NCBI GenBank assembly: GCA_964270895.1
Contig: OZ185435.1
Direction: 5' to 3' (one strand)
Source: Podarcis filfolensis
Taxonomy: Eukaryota
DNA length: 64,000 bases
Both the position numbers and the translations under genes were made by a program. The notes beneath the pieces are model-generated. The model had not been told where the DNA came from, ran no database searches, and saw only the letters and a list, made by a program, of their open reading frames with translations. Positions within the stretch are counted from its first letter, which is position 1; every line of letters begins with the position of its first letter. Positions 37,305 to 50,297 of the stretch are shown piece after piece.

Positions 37305-37467
37305 TACACTGGTCCACAAGTGTAACAGTGTGATGCAGCAGCAAAAAAAGCTAATGCATCAACAGAACTATATTGTCCAGAAAAAGAGAAGTATTAGTAC
37401 TACTCTATTCTGCCTTGGTCAGACCACACCTGGAATACTGTGCCCAATTCTGGGCAACGCAATTTAT
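37305..37467 (+). mobile_element. CR1 LINE RT C-terminal fragment
   Basis: cagtgtgatgcagcagcaaaaaaagctaatgc...ctctattctgccttggtcagaccacacctggaatactgtgcccaattctggg encodes [11 protein letters not shown]...[17 protein letters not shown]. Confidence 0.85.
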
Positions 37468-38021
37468 GAAGCTCGAAGCGGGGTTAGTGTGGGTGGAGAG
37501 CTGTAGCAGAATCTTTCATTTTGATTAACAGGCCTAGATTTTCATGATAGTGGATTAATTTCCTAGGACACTCCAATCACAGTGATTTAGGAGAAAGCTC
37601 AAAAGCTGTGTTTATTTTTAAAGTGGATTTGTTTTTTCCTTCCACCACCCCTTTCCCTGTGCAAGTCAATACAGAGATCTCTCTCTCTCCCAAGCAGGGG
37701 CAGATCTATTATGAAACTAATGAAGCTTAGGTTTCAGAGCCCCTAATCCCAGAGGGGCCACCAAACTGACTTTAGTCCACATTGCTTAAAAGTTTTAGGT
37801 CTAGCAGACGAAAGTAGAATTGCATGAATCAAATTAATTAGTTTTTTTGTTGCATATATTTCAACAATCCCAAAGTTTGAAAGTCAGTAGCATACATGTT
37901 ATAAAAGTGTGGTTGTGCAACCCACTGAAGAAGATAACAGTGGTTACTCAGACATTGTTGCTGGTTGTAAATGGGGTGGAGATGCCTATCCAACATCAGT
38001 GATCCTTGGTGTAACAAGGTA

Positions 38022-38252
38022 CAGTGGTACCTCTGGTTATGAACTTAATTCGTTCCGGAGGTCTGTTCTTAACCTGAAACCGTTCTTAACCTGAGGTACC
38101 ACTTTAGCTAATGGGGCCTCCCGCTGCCGCCGCACAATTTCTGTTCTCATCCTGAGGTAAAGTTCTTAACCTGAGGTACTATTTCCGGGTTAGTGGAGTC
38201 TGTAACCCAAAGTGTTTGTAACCTGAGGTGTTTGTAACCCGAGGTACTACTG
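38022..38252. mobile_element. Tc1/mariner (Tigger/pogo-like) MITE
   Basis: TIRs cagtggtacctctggtta / taacccgaggtactactg, TA on both sides (38020-38021, 38253-38254), and reiterated taacc(t/c)gaggt motifs inside. Confidence 0.9.
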
Positions 38253-38892
38253 TATTTGCTGGGAGGGTATCATTTCCCCCACGCCCGTCTTTCCTGAGGA
38301 TCCATGCTCTTTTGCCTACAACCCAGTTTCTTATTTATTCCTACTATACTCATCCCCAAACAAGAAAGTCTGTACTTGTAGGAGAACCTCTGCAGCTGTT
38401 ACACTGAAATTTGGGACTGAGCTTTGCCCTCTCAGAAGGAATGACCATGTCTGCAAATTGCATCGAGTTCTGTGAAAATGGGGGGGGGGGGGAAGAGTTA
38501 TAGTCAGTTTTAGATTTCCCATTATAGTGAAGGGGGGGTGGAACAGTTTCATTTTTAACAGATTTAATTCAGTCTTGAATAGTGAGTCGAACTGGGAAAC
38601 GACAGAGCTGCTCCAAAACAGACCCAACTGCTTCCCCAAACTACAGTTACAACTCTAAGCTAGTGACCAGTGCACACCCCTCAGTATGCATCCCCCCCCC
38701 ATTTGATAGGAGCAACAGCAATATCAAAACACAGAGTACTAAACCAGATCTATTAAGGGTGGGCTGCATTCCTACTCCCAATGAAGGCCCTGAGCTTTCC
38801 AAACCTCTCCTGGAAGTCCTCATGAAAGGGCATGTGTGTATGTACTGGGAAGGAAGGATTGTAAACCGCCTCTGCCTGATTTTCTTTGATTC

Positions 38893-39213
38893 TGTTATGT
38901 ACTGGGTTGAATAGGATCCAAAATGCAGCAGTCTGATTGGTCCTAGAACAATAGGATCAAAAATGCAGCAGTCTGATTGGTCCTAGAACAATGCAGCAGT
39001 ATGATTGGTCTGCAGGAGCCACCCAATCCAGCTCCAGATGGAAGTGAATCCACAACCTGATTGGCCTACGGGTTCCGGAATTAGCCAGTCATGTGCAGCC
39101 CATTGTGTAAATAATGTATATAAAGCAGATACTTTGGGGGAACTTTCATTCCTCCTCCCACTATGAGCTGAATAAAGAGCATGAAATCCACTCTTGACTC
39201 TGAGTAGATTTCA
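38893..39213 (+). mobile_element. Solo LTR (321 bp)
   Basis: TG...CA ends and a perfect 5-bp TSD gattc (38888-38892, 39214-39218). U3-like repeats with attgg (CCAAT) boxes, TATA-like tatataaa near 39118, and AATAAA at 39171-39176. Confidence 0.9.
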
Positions 39214-39687
39214 GATTCCCTCCTTTTAAGATGGCTACAGAAATTACCCTGACTCCTAGAACCATCCACAATATCTAATGCCCCTTCCTTGGGGATGCTC
39301 AGAACTAGTATGGCGTACCACAAGCACTATCACCAGCATTACTGCTGTGGGTTCTTGTAACGGATGTGATGTAAGCTACATGCAGAGATAATGGAGGGAA
39401 TTCACTGGGCAATGGGCCCAAAAATGAACACTGTGTGCCTGCAATGCTCACGTCAAAGAAGAGGCAGATTTTCACTCAGATCTGAGCTGGATAAATATTT
39501 AAGGCTAGCAACAGCAGACTTTGCCAGAAGGAAACTGGGTCCCTCTTTCTTTGTCATGCAGTTTATGAGTGCAAAGGGGGAAGAGCCCCAGGGACTACTG
39601 CCATTGCACCAAGACTCTGGAGGGGGAGGCATGGAAAAGAAAGGGATTTGGTATCTCTCTGGGTTGGGGCAAGTGCATGGGTGGAGG

Positions 39688-40048
39688 CAGGGGCGGAGGA
39701 AGGGGTTCGGTGGGTGCAGGCTGCCCTGGGTGTCTTCACTGAGGGGGTGACAAAATCCCAGGTGGCACTCACCGCAGGGCTTGCAGCATGCCAAGCCACG
39801 CATCTCTCCTGGGAGAGACACGGTGGCTTGGACGAATGCAGGCTCCATACTGCCCAAATGGTCCGCCCACTGCCTCCCCCCTAGCTGTAGGGCAGCTGAG
39901 TGGGAGGAGGCAGGCAGACTCTGGAGTCCCCATGGTGCTCCCTGCCCCTATGGCCGGCTCACCCTGCCCTTGCCCTGCCCCTATGGGTGGCTCCTGCCAC
40001 CCCTGGGTGTGCCACCCCAGGTGCCCGCAGCAGCTTCCTCCACCGCTG
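39688..40048. mobile_element. GC-rich hAT-type non-autonomous element (361 bp)
   Basis: Ends caggggcggaggaag / cttcctccaccgctg. 8-bp TSD ggtggagg (39680-39687) / ggtggtgg (40049-40056). Confidence 0.7.
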
Positions 40049-40605
40049 GGTGGTGGGGGTGGTGGACATATGAATATTGAACTCGCTTGGGGGGCGAAAG
40101 TGAAACACTTTCCAATTTGGGTGGAGAGGAACACCTCATTTAATTTCCTGATCCCATGCAAGTGGATGGGAATGTGACTATTTCTAGCAAACCATGGCTG
40201 AAGTGCAGGTTCTACAGCTGCCAGCACTTCCTGTTGTTCTGTCTATTGTGGGAAGGCACTGCAGTGGACTCCCTCTCGCAATCCCGTTTGCGTAAGTGCC
40301 TGTATTGAATCCTTTTCAGGCTACAGGTTAATTATTTTATCAGGTGTTCCTTTATGGCTTTAAAGGATTCCACTGAATAATATATATATATTAAAAATAA
40401 GCATCCTACAGATGTGGTGAATGCATATGGAAGTTCTTTTATAGTGGCTTTTCATTTCAAATATTGACTCAAGTGGGCGCTGCTATATTTAGAACATCAT
40501 AATGAAGGGTGCTCTATGCATATAGATGCTTTGTGCCCTTGCTGTGTAGAAATTGTTAAGAGGGACTTCTTTGAGCTCTGCCTCTTTGTGCTTCACTTCT
40601 AAGCG

Positions 40606-40607
<2 letters not shown>

Positions 40608-40641
<34 letters not shown>
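40608..40641. repeat. (CT)n microsatellite
   Basis: Directly visible. Confidence 0.95.
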
Positions 40642-40642
<1 letters not shown>

Positions 40643-43194
40643 ATAAAAAATCCCAGCCAGAATTAGACAAGAGAAGCATCATTTGGCATCGGAGTAGATG
40701 ACGTCTAAAGATTAAAAATCTGAGGGCTAGGAATCAGCAAGCTGTTGGGTTACACTTCTGTCCCTTTTTATTATTATTTTTTGTATTAAGTGGCATATGG
40801 AGTTAGAGGAGAGGAAAGCAGGCAGGCTCTCAGTTTAATTTAATTTTTAGAACTCATGCCCCACCCATTTCAAACACATTATCAGGGTGTCTTAGAATAA
40901 TAAAAAAAAAGTATGTGGAAGGGTCTGGAGGAAGGAGCACATCAAAACAGTATATATCCATAACACAGAGAAAAACCCATATTCCTGCCTGCTCAGGCCT
41001 CTTTCTTTATAGGCTTTCTGCCTTACAGCACAGGATCATCCTCATGTAAGAATCATTGTCTTTCCCTCTCCAGTGTCCCCTAAGTTCCAGCACTGGACTA
41101 CCCTATGGGTGGAAGCATCTCTTAGGGCTTTTTTGGTGGCAGATTAGTCAGGGGTCCGTTCGGGATTTCCCCTTGCAGTGAGCTTGTATCCAAGGGGCAC
41201 TGTGTTAGTTGTCTCCACCCTCAGGCACACAGACTCTTCTGGAGGCCTCTTAGACTTGTTCCTCCACTGATTGAGCCAGTGAGTGGGAGTGTCTTGAAGG
41301 TCTTGGTCTTGGTCTTAGTTTCTCTGCTTTTATTCTCTTTTCTTTCTGGTCTCGGTGCCCCACTAAGCCCCCCAAACCAGGTTTCTTCCAGCAAAGTGTT
41401 GGTGGCTTCTGTCTTTCCCCAGTTTCAAGATCCCACCTGACCTCCTTCTAAGCAGCCTACCCTCTTACTGCTGTGCCCAGGCTCTGGCGGTCCATAGCTT
41501 ACGTCTCCTGCTGGCTTCTCTCTTGGGCTCCTTGGGATGCTTCCACAGCCGTGTCCCTTTACTGCTTTGGCTTGAGATGTCAATCAGCTGACTTTGGATG
41601 ACATTGGGTGGTTGATGGCTGGGCAACTGCAAAGTAATTCAAAACAAGCAGGGAGAGTCAAGACCAAACTGCAGTTAATCACACTCTCCAATAGAAAGGG
41701 CATCTTTGGGCACTGGGAGCAGACCATTTTATTTCCCCAGGCTTGGAAACTTTTGTTGATTTGTTTTGCTAATTTTAAAAATTCTGTATTTATTACTTCC
41801 CTGGTTTTCTTTATCAGGTCAGTGCTGTAGCAGAAGCCCAGTGCTGGAACTCACAGAAAACTAGCCAGGAAAAAACCTGATTCTTACCTAAGAATGATCC
41901 CGTTCTGTATGGCAGAAAGCCAATAAAGAAAGAGCCCTGTCAAAATGACCTATGGAATGTTGGCCACTTCTTGATTCAGGCCTTCAGCCAACTCCACCTC
42001 CCCAACTGTGATATACACCCATCAGTAAACAGGAATGCCACTTGTGGTGAAGCGCTCTGCTGCGGTGGACACATTAAGTTAAATCCCAGTAAACTGTGAA
42101 CGTCAGTTTTCTAGCCAGAAGTTTGGCATAGAATAGTGTTCAAGAATTCAGATAGCCCCTTTGCTCACAGACCATCTCAGTGCTGCAAAAGCTTCTGGGA
42201 AGTAAAGATGGAGTGGGACAAGCTTAGGTCTCTCTAGAGGGGCAGATATGGAAAGAAGACTCCAAGATCCTTACCACTGCTCCTGACCTTTTCCTACAAT
42301 TTTGACCACAGATCCCATGAGACCTGCAAATTACTGGAGATCGCTGGAAGCACCTTCTGCATTATTGAGTGGAGGAAGCAGACCTGAGCAGCCCTCGGGC
42401 AAACGCAGTGTATCTTTGTCTGTGTGCATTGGGTTCCTTGCCCCAAAGAAGCAAACTTTGAAAAAAGAAAAGAATATTTTTGTTAGATTACTATAAAACT
42501 TGGCCATTTAAAAAGTTTAAGTCATGCACCTCAAGTCAGGTAACCAAAGGACAATGGAACAAAAGGCATGGGCAAATAGGACAGTTCTCCTTCAAAAAAG
42601 GCTCAGGGTTTTAATTTTGACTGCACATGTAGCAATAAAACCACATGAACACATACTCATTTCTACCACTGCTTAAAACTATCTGTCTCCTTCTAGTTTG
42701 TTCTTGCATGGATCAGAATTCCACTTCCTCTTTGAGGATTATCAGTTAATGGTTTGGATCCAGGTTAACCACTGAATCCCAAGCACCCCCCCAATTTGAG
42801 TACTGGGGTGGGTGGCATGTACACTGGTGCCACTGGTGATGAGAGTGTCGTATTGCAGCAGGCACCCTGAACTCCCCAGTAAGCTACCAATGCGGTTTCT
42901 CTCTCCAGTGATTCAGTGTGGAAATCCTCCCAAACAGGGGCACTTCTGGACAGAGAAAAGTGCTGATGGCTTTGGATCTGCTGGATCCAAAGTCCCATTG
43001 AACTACAAAGTGACCCAATCCTTAGGCCCCTCAGCTGTGCCAGACACGAAAGGAAACTGTGCCACACTTCAGCCCTGGCTGGCATGATCTGTCAGGACTT
43101 CAGATTCACCACATTGACTCTGCCACTCTGATCCTCCCAGGCTCCATGTTAGGATTGCTGTTTGAGGACAGGATTAGACATCTACTCAGAAGTA

Positions 43195-43416
43195 CAGTGG
43201 AGCCTCGGGTTATGTTGCCTCTGGCTTACGCCACCCTCGGCTTGAGACCGGTGTAAACCTGGAAGTACCGGAATGGGTTACTTCCGGGTTCGCTCTGTTT
43301 GCACACGTGCAGAAGTGCTAAATCACGTGCGCAGATGCGACACTCTGGGTTGCGTCATTTTCAGGTTGCAGCGGGGCCTCCGGCATGGATCCCCACTGTA
43401 ACCCGAGGTTCCACTG
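43195..43416. mobile_element. Tc1/mariner (Tigger/pogo-like) MITE, second subtype
   Basis: TIRs cagtggagcctcgggtta / taacccgaggttccactg with TA flanks (43193-43194, 43417-43418). The TIR type matches 38022-38252 but the interior differs. Confidence 0.88.
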
Positions 43417-44204
43417 TAAGTCCCATGGAGTTCAGTAAGGCTTACTCTCAAGAAAACTGGTGAGGATTTTAGCTTAAGTTACTCACACTTAGGTCCTCTT
43501 GACATCAATATTGGGGGAGGAGTATTTATTTATTACATTTGTACCCCTCTTTTCCTCCAAGAAACTCAAGATGGCGTACACAGTTCTCAAGCTTCCCACT
43601 TTATCCTCACAGCAACCCTATGAGGTAGATTAGGCTGAATATAAATGCTTCAGATAGGACTTCAGTGCAGCTAACTCAGTGTAGATCTGATGCAATGTTA
43701 CCAGTACATAGACATTTTATGTGCACTGAGTGTTCAATTTAAAATTAGCAATGTATTTATTTAATTAGTATATTGGGCTGGGTGGGGGCGGGATATAAAC
43801 CTTGCATTTTAAGTACAGAGAAACAAAAAGCATATGGGAAATCAAATTCCTTCCCACCCACTCACATTTCTTTTGGTGTCTGTTATTTGTCCATCTCTAC
43901 CATGCAGACTCCCCCCCCTCATATTTTTTCCAACTTGCTTCAGAAAACGGTCAAGTAAGCACAGTGAAAGGCAGAACAATGGAAATTTTAGACCACCTTT
44001 CTGCATGGCAACTGTGACTCATGCAGAACTGCATAGGTGTGTGGTTGTACCCACATAACAATTTACTCAGGTTCACATAGCAGAAAGTTCTGATTTTTGC
44101 AAGAGATCATTTATGAGTCAGGTAGATTACACCTTAAAACAGTAGGTTTGTTGTGTGTGTGTTTTTAATGCTTGAAATGGACCATGCACCTATGCCATCA
44201 GCTT

Positions 44205-44404
44205 GCCAAACATTTTGTTTGTCTCAAGAAACAAAGGAGTGCACTTCCGGGGGTGAAGGCAAACCACTGTGTTGGCAGCACCAAAGTGACCTCTCTGGAA
44301 CATAAGCTTGGGCAGTGTTTATGGAGGTCCTGGGTTGCCCAGACAGCAAGACCCCTCTCTTGGCCTCACTGATGTGGCCCAAAGGAAAGCAGAACAAACT
44401 TTGG
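44205..44404 (-). mobile_element. Second copy of the RTE/Vingi-like short repeat
   Basis: Aligns to about 1480-1640. Confidence 0.55.
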
Positions 44405-44781
44405 TAGATACGAAACTGCACAGAAACTGTGAATCCTGGAAATGAAATAGATGCATAGCATGCCGCCGACTGGAGAATATATGTAGCAGGGGGTTCACAT
44501 TTCAGAACATTTTAAGTCATATCAAAAACCCAGTGGATATTTTCCACACTAACCCCATAATGTGGAAAGCTGCTCTCAGATCCTGGCTGTTGAATATTCA
44601 TTTTTGATTGAAAAACATATAATAAGCATGTCAGATCAAGCCAGTGGCCCATTTAGAGAGCACTCTGCCCACCTGCAATTCCCAGCAACTGGTATTCAGT
44701 AGTATAATGCCTGAGCCAGTAGAGGTAGAACACTGGAATGAAATCTGCATTCAGGTATCCAGATTCAGTTCCCTACAATTA

Positions 44782-45223
44782 CCGTATTTTTCGCCCTATA
44801 GGACGCACTTTTTCCCCTCCAAAAATGAAGGGGAAATCTGTGTGCGTCCTATGGGGCGAATACAGGCTCTCGCTCTCCAGGCTTCAGGAAGCTATCAGCA
44901 AGCCTGGGGAGCCCGCGGGAGTTCCCGCAGGGCTCCCTAGGCTGTGGATAGCAGCCTGCTGCACGGAGCGCGGGGAGCGCTGAAGCAGAGCGCCCCGCGC
45001 TTCGGGTAGACATCGGGCAGCCCCACAAGCTCGGGGGACAGCGGGGAGGCGGAGCGCCGCCATACCGCGGTTCCCTGACCTGGTTTTGGATTCCCCGACC
45101 TGGTTTTGGATTCCCCGACCTGGTTTTGGGGGGGAAATAAAGGGAATTCCCCCCCTTTATTTCCCCCCCAAAAAACTAGGTGCGTCCTATGGGCCGGTGC
45201 GTCCTATGGGATAAAAAATACGG
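44782..45223. mobile_element. Tc1/mariner-superfamily (Tc2/pogo-like) MITE (442 bp)
   Basis: 27-bp TIRs ccgtatttttcgccctataggacgcac / gtgcgtcctatgggataaaaaatacgg (23/27 match) with TA flanks (44780-44781, 45224-45225). CpG-rich interior with cc(c)gacctggttttgg repeated three times. Confidence 0.88.
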
Positions 45224-46037
45224 TAAATTTGGTGCACTGGGTGCTTTATCACCAACCTTAGAGAGCAATGGACTTCAACTACATGCTGCATTCCTCTCTG
45301 AGCACCTCCTAAACTCTGCATCCCTGCTCTCCAGCACTAAATGTGCAATGGAAGCACCCCTACCTCAGCCACCAAGGGACCTCCAGATGTTGTTGGACTC
45401 TACAACACCCATAATCTCTGACCATTAGCCATGCTACTAGAGGCAGAAGGGACTTGGACAACATGTGGAAGGCCACATGTTCTCCCCCCCCCCCGGGGTT
45501 AAAGAATCCGAGGTCACAAGATTGTCAGCTCTCACTTGGCAGTGTTAATTTAAATTATTACGTGTACGAGTCCCGTCATTGTCATCCCGGTTGCACTCAG
45601 CCCCTACTTCCACTATTCCTGGTGTTGACTGAAAGCACATCATAACGGAACATGGTGGAATCCATGGAATGATGGAAGCCAACTGGTACAGTAGAAAACG
45701 TGAGGAACGGCAACAGGAAAGGAGGCTCAGCGCTGAAGCTATAAGAAGTATTTTCTCTCCTACTACTACATATGAAATGGGAACTATAGTGTACAATTTC
45801 TGGACAATTTCATTTTTAATCATACAAGAATGACTGGGGAAATAACATTTGTTTTGTTTTCCTTTAAAAAAAAAAGCAAACACATACAGCCTCTCCCTCA
45901 AATGTTCTTTGTTTGCAGTTAAATAACATTGGCACTCCTGGTAGAATTGCACAAGAGAAATTCTGCAAGCTGATTACACTTCAGGGAAAGTATGCATGCC
46001 AGGCAATTAAGGGACTGTCATTTATATACAACATTAC

Positions 46038-46134
46038 CTCGGCCTGGCTGATGACATCTGCATCAAAGCACCGTCTGTGTGGGTGAAGATGGACTTGCGT
46101 CCTTTCATTTCTAGTTCTCGGTAGCTGTAGGGTT
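46038..46134 (-). other. Candidate internal exon (97 nt; 87 nt with the alternative acceptor), gene unknown
   Basis: Minus strand reads gttatttcag|AACCCTACAG CTACC...GGCCGAG|gtaatg. Two frames are open and CpGs are retained, but the polypyrimidine tract is weak. Confidence 0.3.
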
Positions 46135-48435
46135 CTGAAATAACTTGCAGCCGGACATTTCTATCACATGGGGGAAGAGCGTCTCTTGCTTTAGCAGACC
46201 TTACAGTGGATCTGTTGCTAGATCCGGAGCTTTGGAGCTGAGATTGGAAGCAGCTAGGGCAACATACTACAAATTCCATTCAACAAAGGGATGAGCGCTT
46301 ACGAAAAAGGCATTGCCAACTCTTCTTTTTGCCTCTGTAACCTAGAGGCATGATTACAATATGATGCTCTGTGTGGCACTGCTGGGAAGACTGTTGGAAG
46401 ACTTTCTACCTTGCTGCCCCTGGGCCCATCACATTTGAGCTCCACCTAGGAATGGGGGTGAGCTTCAATTCAGTTTGCATTTAAATGTGAGCGTACCTAA
46501 TCTGACATTACAAAACAGTATGTGAACTGAAACACAGGCATCATTTGAAATGCGTACTTCTCTGAATTTTGCAATGCAGTTCTGCAGCCAGGTAATGTGC
46601 ACAGAAATGCATATACTAGGGCAAGGGTGTTCCCAAACTGAGGTCCAGAGGCCTCGTTCAGGTGGTCCATGACAGGTCTGTAAAAATGCAAATAAATGTC
46701 ACATTTGAATAAAGATGCTTATGAGACTAGACTTGGAGATGGCTTTAGGGGAGCACAATCAGTTCGGTTGCACTAGGCTTGCAGCTGCAGGGGGCATGGC
46801 AAATATTATTTAGAATGGAGTGCGAGAGGCAGAGGGTGCCAAATTTTAGCATTGCATGAGGCGCCACTGAAATTTGAGACTCCAAATTTGGAGTTTGCTA
46901 GACTTCCTCTGTTAAGTGCCCAAATGCCATGCACAGAACACCTTCGTGGTGTTCTCCTCTTCAGAACTTCACATGTTTCTCATGCATGTCTGAAGAGGGC
47001 TTCAAATCCCTTAGAGGCCTCCCCACATTCAAGAGCCCCGATCTGGCAATGCTCCTAATCACGGGAAGGTTTTTCCATGCATAGAGACTTCCTGCGTTCA
47101 TGCAAACCCCAGAACACCACTGCAGAGCGACTGCATTCTGGGGCATTTGCTTTCACATCAGGGAATCCATGTAGAAACCACTTCCAGGCCCCTGTCCACA
47201 GGCATGCTTGAAACTCATAGTATTTGTGACGTGACAAATATCTCCCTTGCTATCTCCAGGGATTTCCTCTTAAGAGTTCCCCTTCATCATGGGATTCTCT
47301 ATCTGTAAGAAATCATGAGGTTTAAAAAAAAATGAAATCCTTCACTCAGCAAGTTCCGAAATGTTCACAACTGAAGATGAATCAGCCAGGGCCCAGGGGC
47401 AGCAGCCTGGACATATCTTTGTGTGTGTTTTGAAGAATTGACTGTTATGAATGTTCTGTTTATGAAAACAAGTATCATTCCGTGGCCAGATTTCACTTTC
47501 CAGCTCAGTTATGTGTACATTTAATCCCTAAAACTGTACGTGAATCTCATTTTTGTTGAATGATGTCAGCTAACACTGCACTTTTTTATTTCGTTATGGT
47601 GTACTCTTGGCAAAAGCATGAAATACCCAGTTCAGTCCCATTACTCATGACGATCCCCCACCCACCTTTTCTTCAGATGGAGTTACAGCATAATCCTATG
47701 CCTGACAGCTCAGAAATGTAGTTTTCTGATCAGTGGTTTTCAAACTTTCCACCATAAAGGGGAAAAAATCCATTTTGATTTATTTCCTGGGGGACCTTTG
47801 CATTTATATAATAGGCAAGGATTCCAGTGGCAAAGGATTCTGGAGAGTCACTCTGCACATGTGCCATCATAGCCCTGCCCTCATCCTGTTTCCTCTTGGT
47901 AAATAGCAGTAAAGCTTGCGTTGTAACTCTGTCCCACCTGCTTAGAGGCACCAGTCAGGCCTCTTGGAACTAGTTATCATCCCATGCAAACTGAAAATGT
48001 GCTTGATAGTATTCCCAACTTTTCTCTGTGCCTGCCTGAAAGATGGTAAAGAAAATCAGTCATTTTTTCAGGGACAGTTGTCTGCTATTTCTGATCCCCA
48101 CACACATTGAGATAAACTTTTACAGAAACTCCAGAGCTTTCTAGAACATGGGGCTATATCCTAAGTCCCACTCAGAGTAGACCCATTGAAACCAATGAAT
48201 ATGGCTAACATCTCTGTTTTTAACTGATTTTCTCTCCCATCTCCAGCTACCAGCGGGGAGACCAAGAGCCACTGGGAGGCTGCACCAGTCCATGCAGGCT
48301 TAAATGTTGCACGACAGAGGAATCCAGTACAATATATTGTATAAAGTTACCAGCAAGCTGCTTATACATTCTGTAGTGCAACAATGTCCCTTTGACACAA
48401 AACATTAATTACACCAGTGGAGCAAGTATACCGCT

Positions 48436-49494
48436 TGTTGTTGTTGTTTAGTCATTTAGTTGTGTTCAATTCTTCATGACCCCATGGACCAGAGCACTCC
48501 AGGTACTCCTGTCTTCCACTGCCTCCCGCAGTTTGGTCAAACACATGTTGGTAGCTTCAAGAACACTATCCAACCATCTCGTCCTCTGTCGTCCCCTTCT
48601 CCTTGTGCCCTCAATCTTTCCCAACATCAGGGTCTTTTCCAGGGAGTCTTCTCTTCTCATGAGGTGGCCAAAGTATTAGAGCCTCAGCTTTAGGATCTGT
48701 CCTTCCAGTAAGCACTCGGGGCTGATTTCCTTCAGAATGGATAGGTTTGATCTTCTTGCAGTCCATGGGACTCTCAAGAGTCTCCTCCAGCACCATAATT
48801 CAAAAGCATCAATTCTTCAGTGATCAGCCTTCTTTATGGTCCAGCTCTCACTTCCATACATCACTACTGGGGAAAACCATAGCTTTAACTATACAGACCT
48901 TTGTCGACAAGGTGATGTCTCTGCTTTTTAAGATACTGTCTAGGTTTGTCATTGCTTTTCTCCCAAGAAGCAGGCGTCTTTTAATTTCCTGACTGCTGTC
49001 ACCATCTGCAGTGATCATGGAGCCCAAGAAAGTAAAATCTCTCACTGCCTCCATTTCTTCCCCTTCTATTTGCCAGGAGGTGATAGGACCAGTGGCCAAG
49101 ATCTTCGTTTTTTTGATGTTGAGCTTCAGACCACATTTCACGCTCTCCTCTTTCACCCTCATTAAAAGGTTCTTTAATTCCTCCTCACTTTCTGCCATCA
49201 AGGTTGTGTCATCTGCATATCTGAGGTTGTTGATATTTCTTCTGGAATCTTAATTCCGGCTTGGGATTCATCCAGTCTAGCCTTTCACATGATGAATTCT
49301 GCATACAAGTTAAATAAGCAGGGAGACAATATACAGCCTTGCCGTACTCCTTTCCCAATGTTGAACCAATCAGTTGTTCCATATCCAGTTCTAACTGTAG
49401 CTTCTTGTCCCACATAGAGATTTCTCAGAAGACAGATGAGGTGATCAGGCACTCCCATTTCTTTAAGAACTTGCCATAGTTTGCTGTGGTCGAC
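48436..49494 (-). mobile_element. Bov-B (RTE-clade) LINE, 5'-truncated 3' ~1.06 kb
   Basis: ORF fragments HSKLWQVLKEMGVPDHLICLLRNLY..GVRQGCILSPCLFNLYAE, LKLNIKKTKI..RRLLLGRKAMTNLDSILKSRDITL and HLMRREDSLEKTLMLGKIEGTRRRGRQRTRWLD, with a (CAA)n tail. Possible short TSD accgct (48430-48435, 49495-49500). Frameshifted. Confidence 0.95.
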
Positions 49495-50150
49495 ACCGCT
49501 AAGTGACTTTAACTGAGTGCTGGATACAACCGTTTGCCTCCCATGGAGAACATCATGGCAAGGGCAACACCAACCTGTCTCCATCAATCAGCCAAAGGAG
49601 GAGGAGGTGCTTCCATGATTGTCTTCTTTCCCCGTTTCTTTTCCCCTTTGCACTGTGTTTTGGATTCGGAGCCTGCAGTCAGGGACTCTGCAGCACTTAG
49701 AAAATGCTAGGGAATAGAAAGAGCAATCAGTCAAGGAGAAAGGGTGTGTATGGAGGCTTAGTGAAGTTGAATACTTTGATGATGACAACAAACCCAGAGA
49801 ATTTCAGCTTACAAAAAAAGTAGTTCCACCTAAGCAACAAGCGGCCAATTAATATTATTTGCAAATATAAAAATAATTCCTTTTATTACACACTGGCTTG
49901 CTTCACCACTCTTCAACCTTTAATCTACTAAAGAACAGTCTTTTAGGTAATGCTTTGTAAGAAATTTGGTTCCCATTCTGAAGTCCCATTGGTTTGCATT
50001 TAGCTAATGTGCTCCATCACTGCAAGAATTATCCCCCTTATCTCTAGAAGGGCTAGTCGACATCCTGTTCTCTTATTGCAGTTGTGCATGGGCAAGATGG
50101 GTATGTATGTAAATGTGTTTCTGTGAATGGGGTAGAGACCATGTATGTTT

Positions 50151-50297
50151 NNNNNNNNNNNNNNNNNNNNNNNNNNNNNNNNNNNNNNNNNNNNNNNNNN
50201 NNNNNNNNNNNNNNNNNNNNNNNNNNNNNNNNNNNNNNNNNNNNNNNNNNNNNNNNNNNNNNNNNNNNNNNNNNNNNNNNNNNNNNNNNNNNNNNNN
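50151..50297. other. Assembly gap (147 N)
   Basis: Run of n characters. Confidence 1.

Noticed and set aside
39391-40227. Cluster of long GC-rich overlapping ORFs
   Set aside because: Explained by a GC-rich hAT MITE in which stop codons are scarce.
45919-45989. Plus-strand exon candidate LNNIGTPGRIAQEKFCKLITLQG
   Set aside because: Good acceptor but a weak donor (AA|gtatgc), unrecognised peptide, and opposite strand to the better-supported candidates.
48848-49201. Intact-looking protein ORFs as host genes (also 25868..26239)
   Set aside because: They are fragments of Bov-B and L1 ORF2, not host CDS.
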